A DNA stretch of 64,000 nt from Bacteroidales bacterium (GCA_036261135.1 DATALJ010000108.1:15971-79970); one strand, 5' to 3'. Shown: positions 35,833 through 46,209, counted from the first letter of the stretch. The notes: generated by a model not told the origin, from the sequence alone. Translations and numbers: made by a program.

Positions 35833-38697
35833 TCAGTATTTATTAATCTTAGCGAGAAGTTCTTCTCTCTTGATGGGTTTTGTTATATAGTCGACAAAAC
35901 CGCTCTTCATCAAATGTTCTTTTTCGTCGGATAGCACATAGGCCGTTTGAGCAATTATGGGCAGATTGGGTCGAAGCCCTTTGATGATGCGCATTGCCGT
36001 TTGTCCGTCCATTTCAGGCATTTTTATATCCATCAAAACGAGATCAATTCTGGCGCTTCTCTTGCATATTTCTACCGCTTCGAATCCATTTCTGGCATAC
36101 AGTAATGTAATATTCTTACCCGAAAGAATCTCTGCGATTAACTGATAATTATAATCTTCATCCTCGGCGATTAAAATAGTTCTGTGCCGCTCAACCGTTT
36201 TTTGCACATCTCTCGATTCTTGATTTTCCGTAGAAATAACCTCTTTATAAGGTATCGTAAATAAGAACTCTGCACCTTGACCAAATGTTGATTCCACCCA
36301 TATTTTACCCCCCAATAACTGTACGTAGGCCTTGCAGATTGACAAACCAAGCCCTGTTCCTCCATACTTTTTGTTTATAGAGACATCGGCCTGCGCAAAG
36401 CGCTCAAAAATAAACTCCTGATGCTCAGGCTTAATACCTATTCCGGTATCTTTAACATAAAACTCGAGGAATTCACCTTTACGAACGTAGCCAAAATCAA
36501 TAGTTCCACTATGTGTAAACCTTAATGAATTACTGATAAGATTAGACAATATCTGGTTTAGCTTGGTTGTATCGGTGAAAATTTCAGCATTTTCATTACT
36601 TAATGGATGTGAAACCGAAAGTAAAAGCCTTTTTTCGGTAGCTTTCGAATTAAAAATATACTGCAAACTATCACACAACTTATTAACATTAACTACAGTG
36701 TAATTCGCAACCTCCTGGCCAGTTTGGATGCGGGCCACCGTTAATATATCGTTTACAATAGAGAGCAACTGGTTACTGCTATTTATTATAATGGATGAAT
36801 AATTCTGTAACTTTTCAGGTGTAATGCCTGCATCAGTCAACAATTCAGAAAAACCAACAATGGCATTAAGTGGAGTGCGAATTTCGTGCGACATATTCTG
36901 AAGGAACGCATCTTTGAGCTTATCTGATTTCTCAGCACGCTCCAAAGCCAACATCAATGATTGCTCGGCCTTTTTTCGATCGGTAATATCCAGTGTAAAT
37001 CCGGCCAGCATAGGCTTCATACCTTCAATCTCTATGGGGAACTTAATGGTTGTGAAATACCTGCCATTAAATTCTTCGTCAACCTCCACCAGTTGGCCTT
37101 CTGTTAAAATCCGTTTATCATCTTCGACCATATTCTTTGCCAAATCGGACGGAAACAGGTCAAACATGGTTTTCCCAAGTATTTCAGAAAGCGGAAGACC
37201 TATCATCTTTTCATAATTGCGGCTCAGATGAATGGCTTTGATATCATGGTCTTTGAAGAAAATATAAACCGGGCTGAATTCCATCAGGGACTGAAAAACA
37301 ATATCTTTCTCGTGAAGCAGATTTTCCTGTTTCCTGAATTCGGTAATATCCTGAATGGTTCCAAAAACAACGTGATTAGCGTCATCGTATGCTGCAACCG
37401 ATCGTATCCAAAGGATTTCTTCGGTATTTGGTTTCTTAATCTTAAATTCAACATCGTACGGTTCACCGTTCTTAACAAGCGCAAGTATAGCTAAATCAAT
37501 CATTGAACGGTATTCAGGCAATGTCAATTCCTGAATCTTACTTGCAGGCCAGCATTCGCCTTCCATCCCGTATATTTGCTGGGCGCCTAAAGAGGCATAA
37601 ATTAGTCCATCGTTAAGATGCATCTCCCAATTACCTGTTTTTGAGATAAATTCGGCACGTTTTAACCGGGCGGAACCCTGCTCAATCTGGTTTAACACGG
37701 CGCGCTCATTTTTGCGCTGCTGCAATACGAGTAAAATACCGATGCCTGCTATCGATAACAAAATAAGAAAAGCTACAACCAGCACAGTTACCCCTGCACG
37801 AAAACGTAATTCCGAAAAAATCTCAGCCTTATCTACTTTAGTTACAATAAACCAATTGGTTCCTTCTATGTGCCTTACATCACTAAGTACCTCCACATTA
37901 CGGTAATCAATGCCTTCGAATTGTCCTTCCCTTCCAAGAATAGCCTGCACTGCCGGAGATGACAGTTTTTTAACAGAAACAGCAAGTGAAAAAGCAGTAT
38001 TTGACTTGTTTCGCATTTCGTTGACAAATAGCACACTATCTCCGTTACGCCGTAATATTGCTACTTCTGATGACTTGCTTGGAATAGGTAAATCATTAAC
38101 CAAAGGATAAAAATAATTCGCCGGATCTACCAAAAATACAAGCGCAGCAACCACCTTATCATTTCTGTTAATAATAGGAGAAATAATTGGCAAATGAATG
38201 TTGTGGGTTGCAGGATTAATGTAGAAATCAGAAAAACAAATCGTCCGTTTAATAAATACAGAATCAATATATTTTGACAAAATGCTGTCTGCATTGGGTT
38301 GGATTGAATCTGTTGATCCCAAATACAATTTATCGGGCGTTGCAATAAAAACTGATTCGAAACCACGCAGTTCTTTAATTAATTTATTCCTTCGGATTAT
38401 TTCAACTTCAAGCTTTTTGTCCCTGGTTTTTATTAGTTTTTCAAGCGCATCAACATACAAAGGGCTTGAAGAAAAGTGCACAGCGTCGGCCAACCGCTCT
38501 TTCTTCCATTCCAATATCTGATCAATTTTAAAATCGGTGATCGTTTTAAGATAAAGGTATTTTTCCTTTCTAATCCGGTAGGCTTCCTCCTTATAGTAAT
38601 AATAACCACCCAGAATCAGCAAAAAACTTAATACCACAATGAACAGATAGATATATTTCTGCCATGTGTTTTTGAAAAAGGCTTTAGCTCTGCTCAT
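35833..38697 (-). CDS. hybrid sensor histidine kinase/response regulator (Cache-like periplasmic domain, 2 PAS, HisKA, HATPase, REC)
   Basis: TM1 YIYLFIVVLSFLLILGGYYYY, a ~270-aa periplasmic domain and TM2 VTVLVVAFLILLSIAGIGILLVL. H-box FLQNMSHEIRTPLNAI, G-box GTGLGLSICKAYV and a receiver domain ILIAEDEDYN...DLVLMDIKMPEMDG. Confidence 0.9.
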   Translation of the reverse strand: MSRAKAFFKNTWQKYIYLFIVVLSFLLILGGYYYYKEEAYRIRKEKYLYLKTITDFKIDQILEWKKERLADAVHFSSSPLYVDALEKLIKTRDKKLEVEIIRRNKLIKELRGFESVFIATPDKLYLGSTDSIQPNADSILSKYIDSVFIKRTICFSDFYINPATHNIHLPIISPIINRNDKVVAALVFLVDPANYFYPLVNDLPIPSKSSEVAILRRNGDSVLFVNEMRNKSNTAFSLAVSVKKLSSPAVQAILGREGQFEGIDYRNVEVLSDVRHIEGTNWFIVTKVDKAEIFSELRFRAGVTVLVVAFLILLSIAGIGILLVLQQRKNERAVLNQIEQGSARLKRAEFISKTGNWEMHLNDGLIYASLGAQQIYGMEGECWPASKIQELTLPEYRSMIDLAILALVKNGEPYDVEFKIKKPNTEEILWIRSVAAYDDANHVVFGTIQDITEFRKQENLLHEKDIVFQSLMEFSPVYIFFKDHDIKAIHLSRNYEKMIGLPLSEILGKTMFDLFPSDLAKNMVEDDKRILTEGQLVEVDEEFNGRYFTTIKFPIEIEGMKPMLAGFTLDITDRKKAEQSLMLALERAEKSDKLKDAFLQNMSHEIRTPLNAIVGFSELLTDAGITPEKLQNYSSIIINSSNQLLSIVNDILTVARIQTGQEVANYTVVNVNKLCDSLQYIFNSKATEKRLLLSVSHPLSNENAEIFTDTTKLNQILSNLISNSLRFTHSGTIDFGYVRKGEFLEFYVKDTGIGIKPEHQEFIFERFAQADVSINKKYGGTGLGLSICKAYVQLLGGKIWVESTFGQGAEFLFTIPYKEVISTENQESRDVQKTVERHRTILIAEDEDYNYQLIAEILSGKNITLLYARNGFEAVEICKRSARIDLVLMDIKMPEMDGQTAMRIIKGLRPNLPIIAQTAYVLSDEKEHLMKSGFVDYITKPIKREELLAKINKY

Positions 38698-38842
38698 TTC
38701 AAATTGAAAATAAAAGGGGAATGTATGTTTTAAATATACACAACTGTTTATTAATAAACAAGTGGTTATAGGCAGTATTTATTTAAACAAGGCCAAGAAG
38801 ATATACTCAATAAACCTCCATTCTTTCAATCAAAAAAAATAT

Positions 38843-38850
38843 TACTTTTG
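38843..38850 (+). promoter_or_regulatory. candidate Bacteroides-type -7 box TACTTTTG
   Basis: Matches TAnnTTTG, 15 nt upstream of the ATG at 38865. No clear -33 TTTG was seen. Confidence 0.4.
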
Positions 38851-38864
38851 ATCCGATATAGATC

Positions 38865-39176
38865 ATGAAAATAATAGTAGCCATATTATCCGTTTACACC
38901 TTATTCCTAACAGCAATGCCATGCGTTGATGTCGTAAAGGATCGTATTGGCCATGCAACAGAGCATAGTACATCGTCAGACAACCACCATATGCCTGGTG
39001 ACGACCATTGTTCGCCCTTCTGCTCTTGCCAGTGCTGCGCTACACCAGTTGTTTTTATGGATTATACGGTTCAATTTGACTGTTTTCCTTTTGTTCAGAA
39101 ACTCCTTTCGGGATATTCCCCATCGTACCTTTCAATCACGCATATTGCCATCTGGCAGCCCCCAAAAACCGCTTAA
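38865..39176 (+). CDS. DUF6660-like Cys/His-rich small protein
   Basis: N-terminal hydrophobic helix MKIIVAILSVYTLFLTAMPCVD, then HATEHSTSSDNHHMPGDDHCSPFCSCQCC. As I recall, this pattern occurs in small proteins that precede czcA in Bacteroidota. Confidence 0.6.
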   Translation: MKIIVAILSVYTLFLTAMPCVDVVKDRIGHATEHSTSSDNHHMPGDDHCSPFCSCQCCATPVVFMDYTVQFDCFPFVQKLLSGYSPSYLSITHIAIWQPPKTA

Positions 39177-39316
39177 GAAATCTGTTTGAATTACGGAATT
39201 GAGATTGCATGTAATCTTCGTCGATTAACATGTAGTTTTTGTGTGTTATTCTGCATTGCAGGACATTCACCTTTTCTATGCCTATTCATTACTCCTTATT
39301 TATAATTCAAAAACAC

Positions 39317-42300
39317 ATGATTGAACGTATTATTCATTTTTCGATAAAGAATAAATTTATTGTTGGCTTGTTTGTTGTGGCTTTAATTAGCTGGGGGACT
39401 TATTCGCTTACGCGACTGCCTATTGATGCCATACCGGATATTACCAACAACCAGATACAGGTTATTTCGCTGGCTCCCTCGCTGGCAACACAAGAAATAG
39501 AAAGCTTTATAACTGCTCCAATTGAAGTGGCTGTAGCAAATATCCCCGATATTATTGAGCTTCGGTCCATCTCGCGGCTTGGATTGTCGGTTGTAACGGT
39601 AGTTTTTAAAGATGGTGTAGATGTATACTGGGCGAGGCAACAGCTTAGTGAACGCCTGAAAGAAGCCGAAGAAGCAATTCCCGAAGGCCTCGCTAGAATA
39701 GAGCTAGCTCCCGTTTCTACTGGTTTGGGTGAAATTTATCAATACCGGCTGGCGGTAAAAAAGGGATTTGAAGAGAAATACTCGGCAATGGACCTGCGCA
39801 CCTTTCAGGACTGGATAGTTCGCCGTGAAATGTTAGGTACACCAGGCATAGCTGATATTAATAGTTATGGAGGCTATGTAAAACAGTACGAAGTAGCCGT
39901 TAACCCCGAAAGACTGAGAGGGATGGACCTTACACTAAATGATATTTTCGAAGCCCTCGAAAAAAATAATGAAAATACAGGTAGTGCCTATATCGACAAG
40001 AAGCCCACTGCCTATTTCATTCGAGGCATCGGCCTGGTGAAGAATCTCGGAGACATTGAGAAAATAGTGGTAAAATCCAATGCCTCTGGCCTTCCTGTTT
40101 TAATACGCGATGTTGCAACCGTTCAATTCGGCAATGCTACAAGATATGGAGCACTGGTTATTGATACCACCGAAGCTGTAGGCGGTGTTGTAATGATGCT
40201 GAAAGGCGCCAACGCCCACGAAGTAATAAAAAACGTTGAAAAAAGAATAGAGTCCATCCAGAAATCGCTTCCAGAGGGGGTTATCATAGAACCATTCCTC
40301 AACCGGTCAGACCTGGTTGACCGTTCCATTGGTACAGTTACACGCAACTTAATAGAAGGTGCTTTAATTGTCATTTTCATATTGGTATTAATGCTTGGAA
40401 ACTTTAGGGCCGGGTTAGTGGTAGCATCGGTTATTCCACTTTCCATGCTATTTGCCATATCCATGATGCACATCTTCGGTGTTTCAGGTAACCTGATGAG
40501 TTTAGGAGCAATCGACTTTGGGTTGATAGTGGACGGAGCGGTCATCATTGTGGAAAGTGTTGTTCACCGCATATTTATGAGCAAGCACCACCATCCCGGC
40601 GTTATAAGGCTCACTCAGCAACAAATGGATGAGAATGTATTTGAATCGGCCCGGCGCATGATGAGTTCTGCAACCTTCGGACAAATAATCATTCTTATTG
40701 TATATCTGCCCATTATGGCCCTGGTAGGTATCGAAGGTAAGATGTTCAGGCCTATGGCGCAGGTTGTTGTTTTTGCATTGATAGGAGCAGCTATCCTTTC
40801 ACTTACCTATGTACCCATGGCTTCTGCATTATTCCTGAGCAAAAGCACGGAGCATAAAAGAAACTTCTCGGATAAGCTGATGGATGGGCTGCACAAGGCC
40901 TTCAATCCTCTTATTTTATTTGCTCTTCGCAGAAAGTTGCTTGTATCTGTTTCTGTAATAGTATTATTCATCCTCAGCTTATTTACATTTAGCAGGTTGG
41001 GCGGCGAATTCATACCGCAACTCGAAGAGGGCGACCTGGCAGCGGGCGTTATGACACTGCAGGGTGGTTCTCTTTCTTACACCATCGAAACCATAGAAAA
41101 GGCCAATAAGATACTGCTCGATAATTTCCCGGAAATAGAACATGCAGTTTGTAAAATCGGCGCCAGCGAAATACCTACCGACCCCACCCCAATGGAGACT
41201 GGCGATTACATTATTACGCTCAAGGATAAGCGTGAATGGACATCGGCTAAAACCCGCGAGGAACTTGTAGAAAAGATGGAAGAAAAACTCCTGGTGCTTG
41301 CTGGCGTTAAGTTTGAGTTCCAGCAACCCATACAAATGCGCTTCAATGAACTACTTTCGGGATCGAAACAGGATATTGCAGTTAAAATTTATGGCGACGA
41401 CCTCAATACGCTGGCCGAAAAAGCCGCAGAAGTTGAAAAATTGATACTTAACATTGAAGGTGTAGAGGACATTAATGTGGAAAAAGTAACCGGTCTGGCT
41501 CAGGTTCAGATCGATTATAACCGCGAAAAGCTGGCGCAGTATGGCTTATCTATTGATGATGTAAACCGGGTATTACGTGCCGCCTTTGCCGGAAGCCAGG
41601 CAGGTGTAGTTTTTGAGGAAGAGAAACGCTTTGCCCTTTTGGTGCGGCTTGATAAAGATTACCGCCAAAACCTGGAAGACATTAAAAATCTCACCGTTTC
41701 AGCGCCTAACAGCGTGCAGGTGCCATTTGAGCAGATCGCTTCTATCGAAATTAAGTCGGGTCCTGCCCAGGTGTCGCGCGAAGATACCAAACGCCGTATT
41801 ACCGTTGGGTTCAACGTACGAAACCGCGACATGCAAAGCGTTATAAAGGAAGTAAGCAGCCTTATTGATACACGCATTAATCTTCCAACGGGTTATTATG
41901 TTACCTACGGCGGACAATTCCAAAACCTTGAAGCTGCGAAAAATCGTCTCGCCATTGCTGTGCCGGTTGCGTTATTGCTCATCTTTGTTCTGTTGTTCTT
42001 CACATTTCATTCGGTAAAACAAACCTTGCTAATTTATACCGCAGTTCCGATGTCGGCTATAGGTGGTGTATTCGCCTTATGGATGAGAGATATGAACTTT
42101 TCAATATCTGCCGGTGTCGGTTTCATAGCATTATTCGGGGTTGCCGTACTCAATGGTATCGTACTTATATCTGAATTCAACCGTTTAGAAAAAGAAGGAG
42201 TTGCCGACATCACAGAGCGCGTACTTAAAGGACTTAAAACCCGCCTTCGACCTGTAATTATGACCGCAGGCGTTGCATCGTTAGGGTTTCTACCCATGGC

Positions 42301-43708
42301 TTTATCTACATCGGCGGGAGCCGAAGTGCAAAAACCGTTGGCAACCGTAGTTATTGGAGGGCTCATCTCCTCTACATTCCTTACGCTTGTTGTTTTGCCC
42401 ATATTTTACATTTTCTTTTCCACACATCATTTGCGACTTTCATTTATGCGGAAAAATTTAAGATCATTGTCAATTGTTGGTATCATTTCAACGTTAACGT
42501 TATACTCCAACACATTAAATGCACAGGAAACCAGGAAAATTGACCTTACCCAGGCCATACAAATGGCCTTGGACAGCAATTTAGCGGTACGCTCGGCATC
42601 CTATGCTGTAGATGCACAAAAGGCGTTGAAAGGAGCCTCATGGGACATTCCCAAAACCTCAATTGAAGCGGAATACGGGCAAATCAATTCGTACACAAAG
42701 GATAACAGCTTTACCATTTCGCAGACCTTTGCTTTCCCATCGGTGTATATAAACCAGAATAAACGGGCAAAAGCCAACATTAAAAGCAGTGAATGGGAAC
42801 TCAAAGCAAAACAGCTCGATATTGCTACGCAGGTAAAGCAGATATACTGGCAGTTAGCTTATTTATATTCCAAACAACACTTATATTCGTGGCAGGATAG
42901 CATGTACGATGGCCTCCTCAGGGCCGCTAAACTTAAGTCGGAGCTGGGAGAAAGTAATAAATTGGAGGTAATCACAGCTCGTTCGCAAAGCATGGAAGTT
43001 AAAAACCAATTACAGCAGGTAATATCAGATATTACCACATACAAACAAAAGCTGCAGCTGGCTTTAAATACAGATGCTCCTCTATCCATAATCGACACGG
43101 TATTACGACATGCAGGCGTGCATGAACCTCATGATACCGTAGCCTTAGCTTCAAACCCATCATTGGCGTATATGGAGCAACAAACGGCCATTGCGCATTT
43201 CGAGAAAAAGATAGAACGCAGCCAAATGATGCCGGACCTCACCATCGGATATTTCAGCCAAACCATGCAAGGCACACAGGAAGTAAATAGCATACCCCGT
43301 ACATTCAATACTGGTGATCGATTTACAGGCATCCAGGCTGGTATAGGCATTCCGTTGTGGTTTCGTTCGTACACATCGCGTTCTAAAGCAGCCCGGATTA
43401 AGGAGCAGGTAGCTCAAACCAATGCAAAATATTATGCAATGGAGCTTTCAGGAAATTACCGTGAATTACTTAATGAATATTCCAAGTATAACAGCAGCCT
43501 TGCATATTTCGAAAATCAGGCACTTCCTGAAGCCAACCTGATTATTGAGCAGATAACACGTATGTACAAAGCAGGCGCTATCGATTATTCCGACTATATC
43601 CTGAGTTTTGGCAGAGCCTTGGATATCAGACAGAATTACCTCGAAACGCTGAACGCATACAACCAAACCCTCATCAATATTGAATTTATTAACGGCAAAA
43701 TTTATTAA
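39317..43708 (+). CDS. CusA/CzcA-family heavy-metal efflux RND permease fused in frame to a TolC/CzcC-like outer-membrane factor
   Basis: Start at MIERIIHFSIKNKF (ATG 39317). The CzcA-like body covers 1043 codons. The frame then continues without a stop into MRKNLRSLSIVGIISTLTLYSNTLNAQ-ETRKIDLTQAIQMALDSNLAVR... (ATG 42446), a 420-aa OMF-like domain. Confidence 0.8.
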   Translation: MIERIIHFSIKNKFIVGLFVVALISWGTYSLTRLPIDAIPDITNNQIQVISLAPSLATQEIESFITAPIEVAVANIPDIIELRSISRLGLSVVTVVFKDGVDVYWARQQLSERLKEAEEAIPEGLARIELAPVSTGLGEIYQYRLAVKKGFEEKYSAMDLRTFQDWIVRREMLGTPGIADINSYGGYVKQYEVAVNPERLRGMDLTLNDIFEALEKNNENTGSAYIDKKPTAYFIRGIGLVKNLGDIEKIVVKSNASGLPVLIRDVATVQFGNATRYGALVIDTTEAVGGVVMMLKGANAHEVIKNVEKRIESIQKSLPEGVIIEPFLNRSDLVDRSIGTVTRNLIEGALIVIFILVLMLGNFRAGLVVASVIPLSMLFAISMMHIFGVSGNLMSLGAIDFGLIVDGAVIIVESVVHRIFMSKHHHPGVIRLTQQQMDENVFESARRMMSSATFGQIIILIVYLPIMALVGIEGKMFRPMAQVVVFALIGAAILSLTYVPMASALFLSKSTEHKRNFSDKLMDGLHKAFNPLILFALRRKLLVSVSVIVLFILSLFTFSRLGGEFIPQLEEGDLAAGVMTLQGGSLSYTIETIEKANKILLDNFPEIEHAVCKIGASEIPTDPTPMETGDYIITLKDKREWTSAKTREELVEKMEEKLLVLAGVKFEFQQPIQMRFNELLSGSKQDIAVKIYGDDLNTLAEKAAEVEKLILNIEGVEDINVEKVTGLAQVQIDYNREKLAQYGLSIDDVNRVLRAAFAGSQAGVVFEEEKRFALLVRLDKDYRQNLEDIKNLTVSAPNSVQVPFEQIASIEIKSGPAQVSREDTKRRITVGFNVRNRDMQSVIKEVSSLIDTRINLPTGYYVTYGGQFQNLEAAKNRLAIAVPVALLLIFVLLFFTFHSVKQTLLIYTAVPMSAIGGVFALWMRDMNFSISAGVGFIALFGVAVLNGIVLISEFNRLEKEGVADITERVLKGLKTRLRPVIMTAGVASLGFLPMALSTSAGAEVQKPLATVVIGGLISSTFLTLVVLPIFYIFFSTHHLRLSFMRKNLRSLSIVGIISTLTLYSNTLNAQETRKIDLTQAIQMALDSNLAVRSASYAVDAQKALKGASWDIPKTSIEAEYGQINSYTKDNSFTISQTFAFPSVYINQNKRAKANIKSSEWELKAKQLDIATQVKQIYWQLAYLYSKQHLYSWQDSMYDGLLRAAKLKSELGESNKLEVITARSQSMEVKNQLQQVISDITTYKQKLQLALNTDAPLSIIDTVLRHAGVHEPHDTVALASNPSLAYMEQQTAIAHFEKKIERSQMMPDLTIGYFSQTMQGTQEVNSIPRTFNTGDRFTGIQAGIGIPLWFRSYTSRSKAARIKEQVAQTNAKYYAMELSGNYRELLNEYSKYNSSLAYFENQALPEANLIIEQITRMYKAGAIDYSDYILSFGRALDIRQNYLETLNAYNQTLINIEFINGKIY

Positions 43709-43711
43709 AAC

Positions 43712-44899
43712 ATGACTAAATTTAAATATAGAACATTCCTTGTAATGATAATATCAGCATTATTGCTGACTGCAGCCTGCAATAGCGACAAAAAGGTGAA
43801 TGTACAGGAAATGGAAGAAGAAGTACTCCCTGAAGATATTGTGGAGCTTAGAGAAGATCAGATTAAGCTTGCGCAAATTGAGATGGGATCAGTAGAGTTA
43901 ATTTCACTGAAAGGATTACTAAAAGTAAACGGCATTGTTAGTGTTTCGCCTCAAAACCTTGCTACAGTTTGCATGCCAATGAACGGATTTATAAAAAGCA
44001 CATCGCTGCTTCCCGGAAACGCAGTAACGAAAGGGCAAACCTTAGCTATTCTCGAAAGTCCGGATTTTATTGAATTACAGCAAAGCTATCTCGAAACCAA
44101 AAACAAGTACGAATACGCCGAAGCTGAATACAAGCGGCATAGCGAGCTCTACCTCGATGAAGTATACTCGCAGAAGAACATGCAACAGGTTGCCTCCGAT
44201 TACAAAACACTTAAAGCCCAGTCAAATGCTTTAAAACAAAAACTCGCTCTTATCGGAATAAACGCTGCATCGCTTACCGAGGATAATATCAGCAGTTCCG
44301 TAGCGCTAATTTCGCCCATCACTGGGTATATAAAATCCATCAATGTGAATATCGGCAAATACGTTGCAACATCCGATGTGCTATTCGAAATTGTGAACAG
44401 CGACAAGCTTTCGCTGGAGCTAACCTTATTCGAAAAAGATGCAGAGAAGGTTTCGAAAGGTCAGAAAATCCGATTCTTCATAAACAATGAAACTGAACAA
44501 CACGAGGCCTCGATTTACCAGACAGGCAAATCGATTGACGCTGACAAAACCTATAAAGTTTATGCAAATGTTGTAGGAACCTGCAAAAATATATTACCTG
44601 GAATGTACGTGAACGCTGTTATAGAGACTTCAGGCAATAAGGTAACTGCCCTTCCGAGTGAGGCTATTGTTAGCTTCGATGACAAGGAATACATTTTCGT
44701 ATTCGATAAAAACAAGGAGGAAGATGGAAAGCCATTTACTGAATACCGCATGATTGAGGTGCATAAAGGGATTACCGATAACGGATACACCGAAATTATT
44801 CTGCCCGAAGGATTTGACGCAAATGGCAAAAAGGTAGTAATAAAAGGAGCCTACAATCTGTTATCCGCTAAAAAGAATGCCGGAGAAATGGCCTGCTAA
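43712..44899 (+). CDS. efflux RND periplasmic adaptor (CzcB/CusB-like lipoprotein)
   Basis: Lipobox LLLTAAC plus an MFP barrel-sandwich pattern (GNAVTKGQTLAILESPD...LISPITGYIKSINV). Starts 3 nt after the fusion gene. Confidence 0.85.
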   Translation: MTKFKYRTFLVMIISALLLTAACNSDKKVNVQEMEEEVLPEDIVELREDQIKLAQIEMGSVELISLKGLLKVNGIVSVSPQNLATVCMPMNGFIKSTSLLPGNAVTKGQTLAILESPDFIELQQSYLETKNKYEYAEAEYKRHSELYLDEVYSQKNMQQVASDYKTLKAQSNALKQKLALIGINAASLTEDNISSSVALISPITGYIKSINVNIGKYVATSDVLFEIVNSDKLSLELTLFEKDAEKVSKGQKIRFFINNETEQHEASIYQTGKSIDADKTYKVYANVVGTCKNILPGMYVNAVIETSGNKVTALPSEAIVSFDDKEYIFVFDKNKEEDGKPFTEYRMIEVHKGITDNGYTEIILPEGFDANGKKVVIKGAYNLLSAKKNAGEMAC

Positions 44900-44934
44900 C
44901 CGAAACAAGAATTTATGTATTTTGAAGCAACAAT

Positions 44935-44970
44935 AATCCGATTCGTTGATACCAATTGACGAATCGGATT
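44935..44970 (+). terminator. stem-loop downstream of the czc-like operon
   Basis: AATCCGATTCG-14nt-CGAATCGGATT is a perfect 11-bp stem. Confidence 0.55.
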
Positions 44971-45006
44971 GTTATCTTTATGTTCTAAATACTAAAAGAC
45001 TTTAAC

Positions 45007-46209
45007 GTGACCTATTACATTATAATAATTCTCTGCTTTATAGTATTAATCGCCTATCTTTTCGAAATCACCACCAAATTCACCAAAATACCGGGCGTTA
45101 TTTTATTAATGGCTTTAGGACTAACACTCAGGCACCTCGCCACTTTCTATGGCTTTCGAATGCCCGATTTTTCTATTCTTCTCCCAATCATGGGCACGCT
45201 GGGGCTTATTTTGATTGTTTTGGAAGGCAGTTTGGATTTAACCATAAGTACACACAAAAAACAATTACTCAAAACATCCTTTGCATCTGCGTTTTTCCTG
45301 TTTCTGATTTTTGTAACAGTTGTCGCCACTATTCTCTACTACTTCCTGGGCGTTCCTTTAAAAACAACGCTGATCAATGCCATTCCAATTGGTATTATAA
45401 GCAGTGCAGTAGCTATTCCATCGGCATTAAACCTTGAAACCAGCGACAGAGAATTTGTAATTTACGAAAGCTCTGTTTCGGATATCATTGGCATTTTGTT
45501 GTTTGACTTTGTGTTATATAATCAGTACTCTATTGGAGGTGGATTGATGTTTTTTTTACTTCAGATTGTGGTAAGTATTATAATTTCAGTGATCATCAGT
45601 GCAGGGTTAGCTTACATGCTCCATAAAATCAACCATCATGTAAAGTATATTATTATCTTAACAGCAGTGATTCTGGTGTTCATAGTTGCCAAAATGATTC
45701 ATTGGCCTTCGCTTATTGTTGTCCTGATTTTCGGACTAATTCTGAACAACAATCACCTTTTCCGGAACCTTATTATAACCAGAAGCATCAATTTTAATGA
45801 GTTTAATACGAATCTGTCTTCCTTCAAACAAATTACAGGCGAACTTACCTTTCTGGTCCGGTCTTTTTTCTTCCTTATATTTGGCTTCTATACGCCGGTT
45901 GAGGAGCTACTAAACCTTCAGAGCCTTGCCATTTCGGCATCTATATACCTGCTTATCCTTTTATTACGAGGCCTTTTCTTCCGGTTCATCATCAAAAAAT
46001 CGTTGGTTCCGCTCCTTTACTTTGCTCCACGAGGTCTTATTACCATTCTTCTGTTTTTAAGCATCCCTGCGCACTATAAACTGCCTTTTATCAACGAAGG
46101 AGTTGTTACCCAAACCATTTTCATCTCTATTATTATGATGACTGTAGGAACGATGCTTTCCTCCACGAGTAAAGAGCCTGCATTTAAGGAGAATTCAACT
46201 AATTCATAA
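45007..46209 (+). CDS. cation:proton antiporter family membrane protein (GTG start)
   Basis: 400-aa polytopic membrane protein with a Na+/H+-exchanger-like N-terminal region. No soluble domain. Confidence 0.5.
   Translation: MTYYIIIILCFIVLIAYLFEITTKFTKIPGVILLMALGLTLRHLATFYGFRMPDFSILLPIMGTLGLILIVLEGSLDLTISTHKKQLLKTSFASAFFLFLIFVTVVATILYYFLGVPLKTTLINAIPIGIISSAVAIPSALNLETSDREFVIYESSVSDIIGILLFDFVLYNQYSIGGGLMFFLLQIVVSIIISVIISAGLAYMLHKINHHVKYIIILTAVILVFIVAKMIHWPSLIVVLIFGLILNNNHLFRNLIITRSINFNEFNTNLSSFKQITGELTFLVRSFFFLIFGFYTPVEELLNLQSLAISASIYLLILLLRGLFFRFIIKKSLVPLLYFAPRGLITILLFLSIPAHYKLPFINEGVVTQTIFISIIMMTVGTMLSSTSKEPAFKENSTNS

Noticed and set aside
39239-39316. Upstream extensions of ORF-track calls (39239 for czcA; likewise 5617, 6167, 7823, 33427, 59051, 62145, 56024, 2101, 3786)
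   Set aside because: In each case an internal start gives a family-typical N-terminus or signal peptide. The extension either overlaps a promoter, operator, repeat or neighbouring gene, or encodes non-protein-like sequence.
42380-42460. A stop codon or frameshift separating czcA from the OMF gene
   Set aside because: I read the junction and found none: the ATG at 42446 is in frame with 39317 and no stop intervenes. Separate genes therefore cannot be called from this sequence, although internal initiation remains possible.
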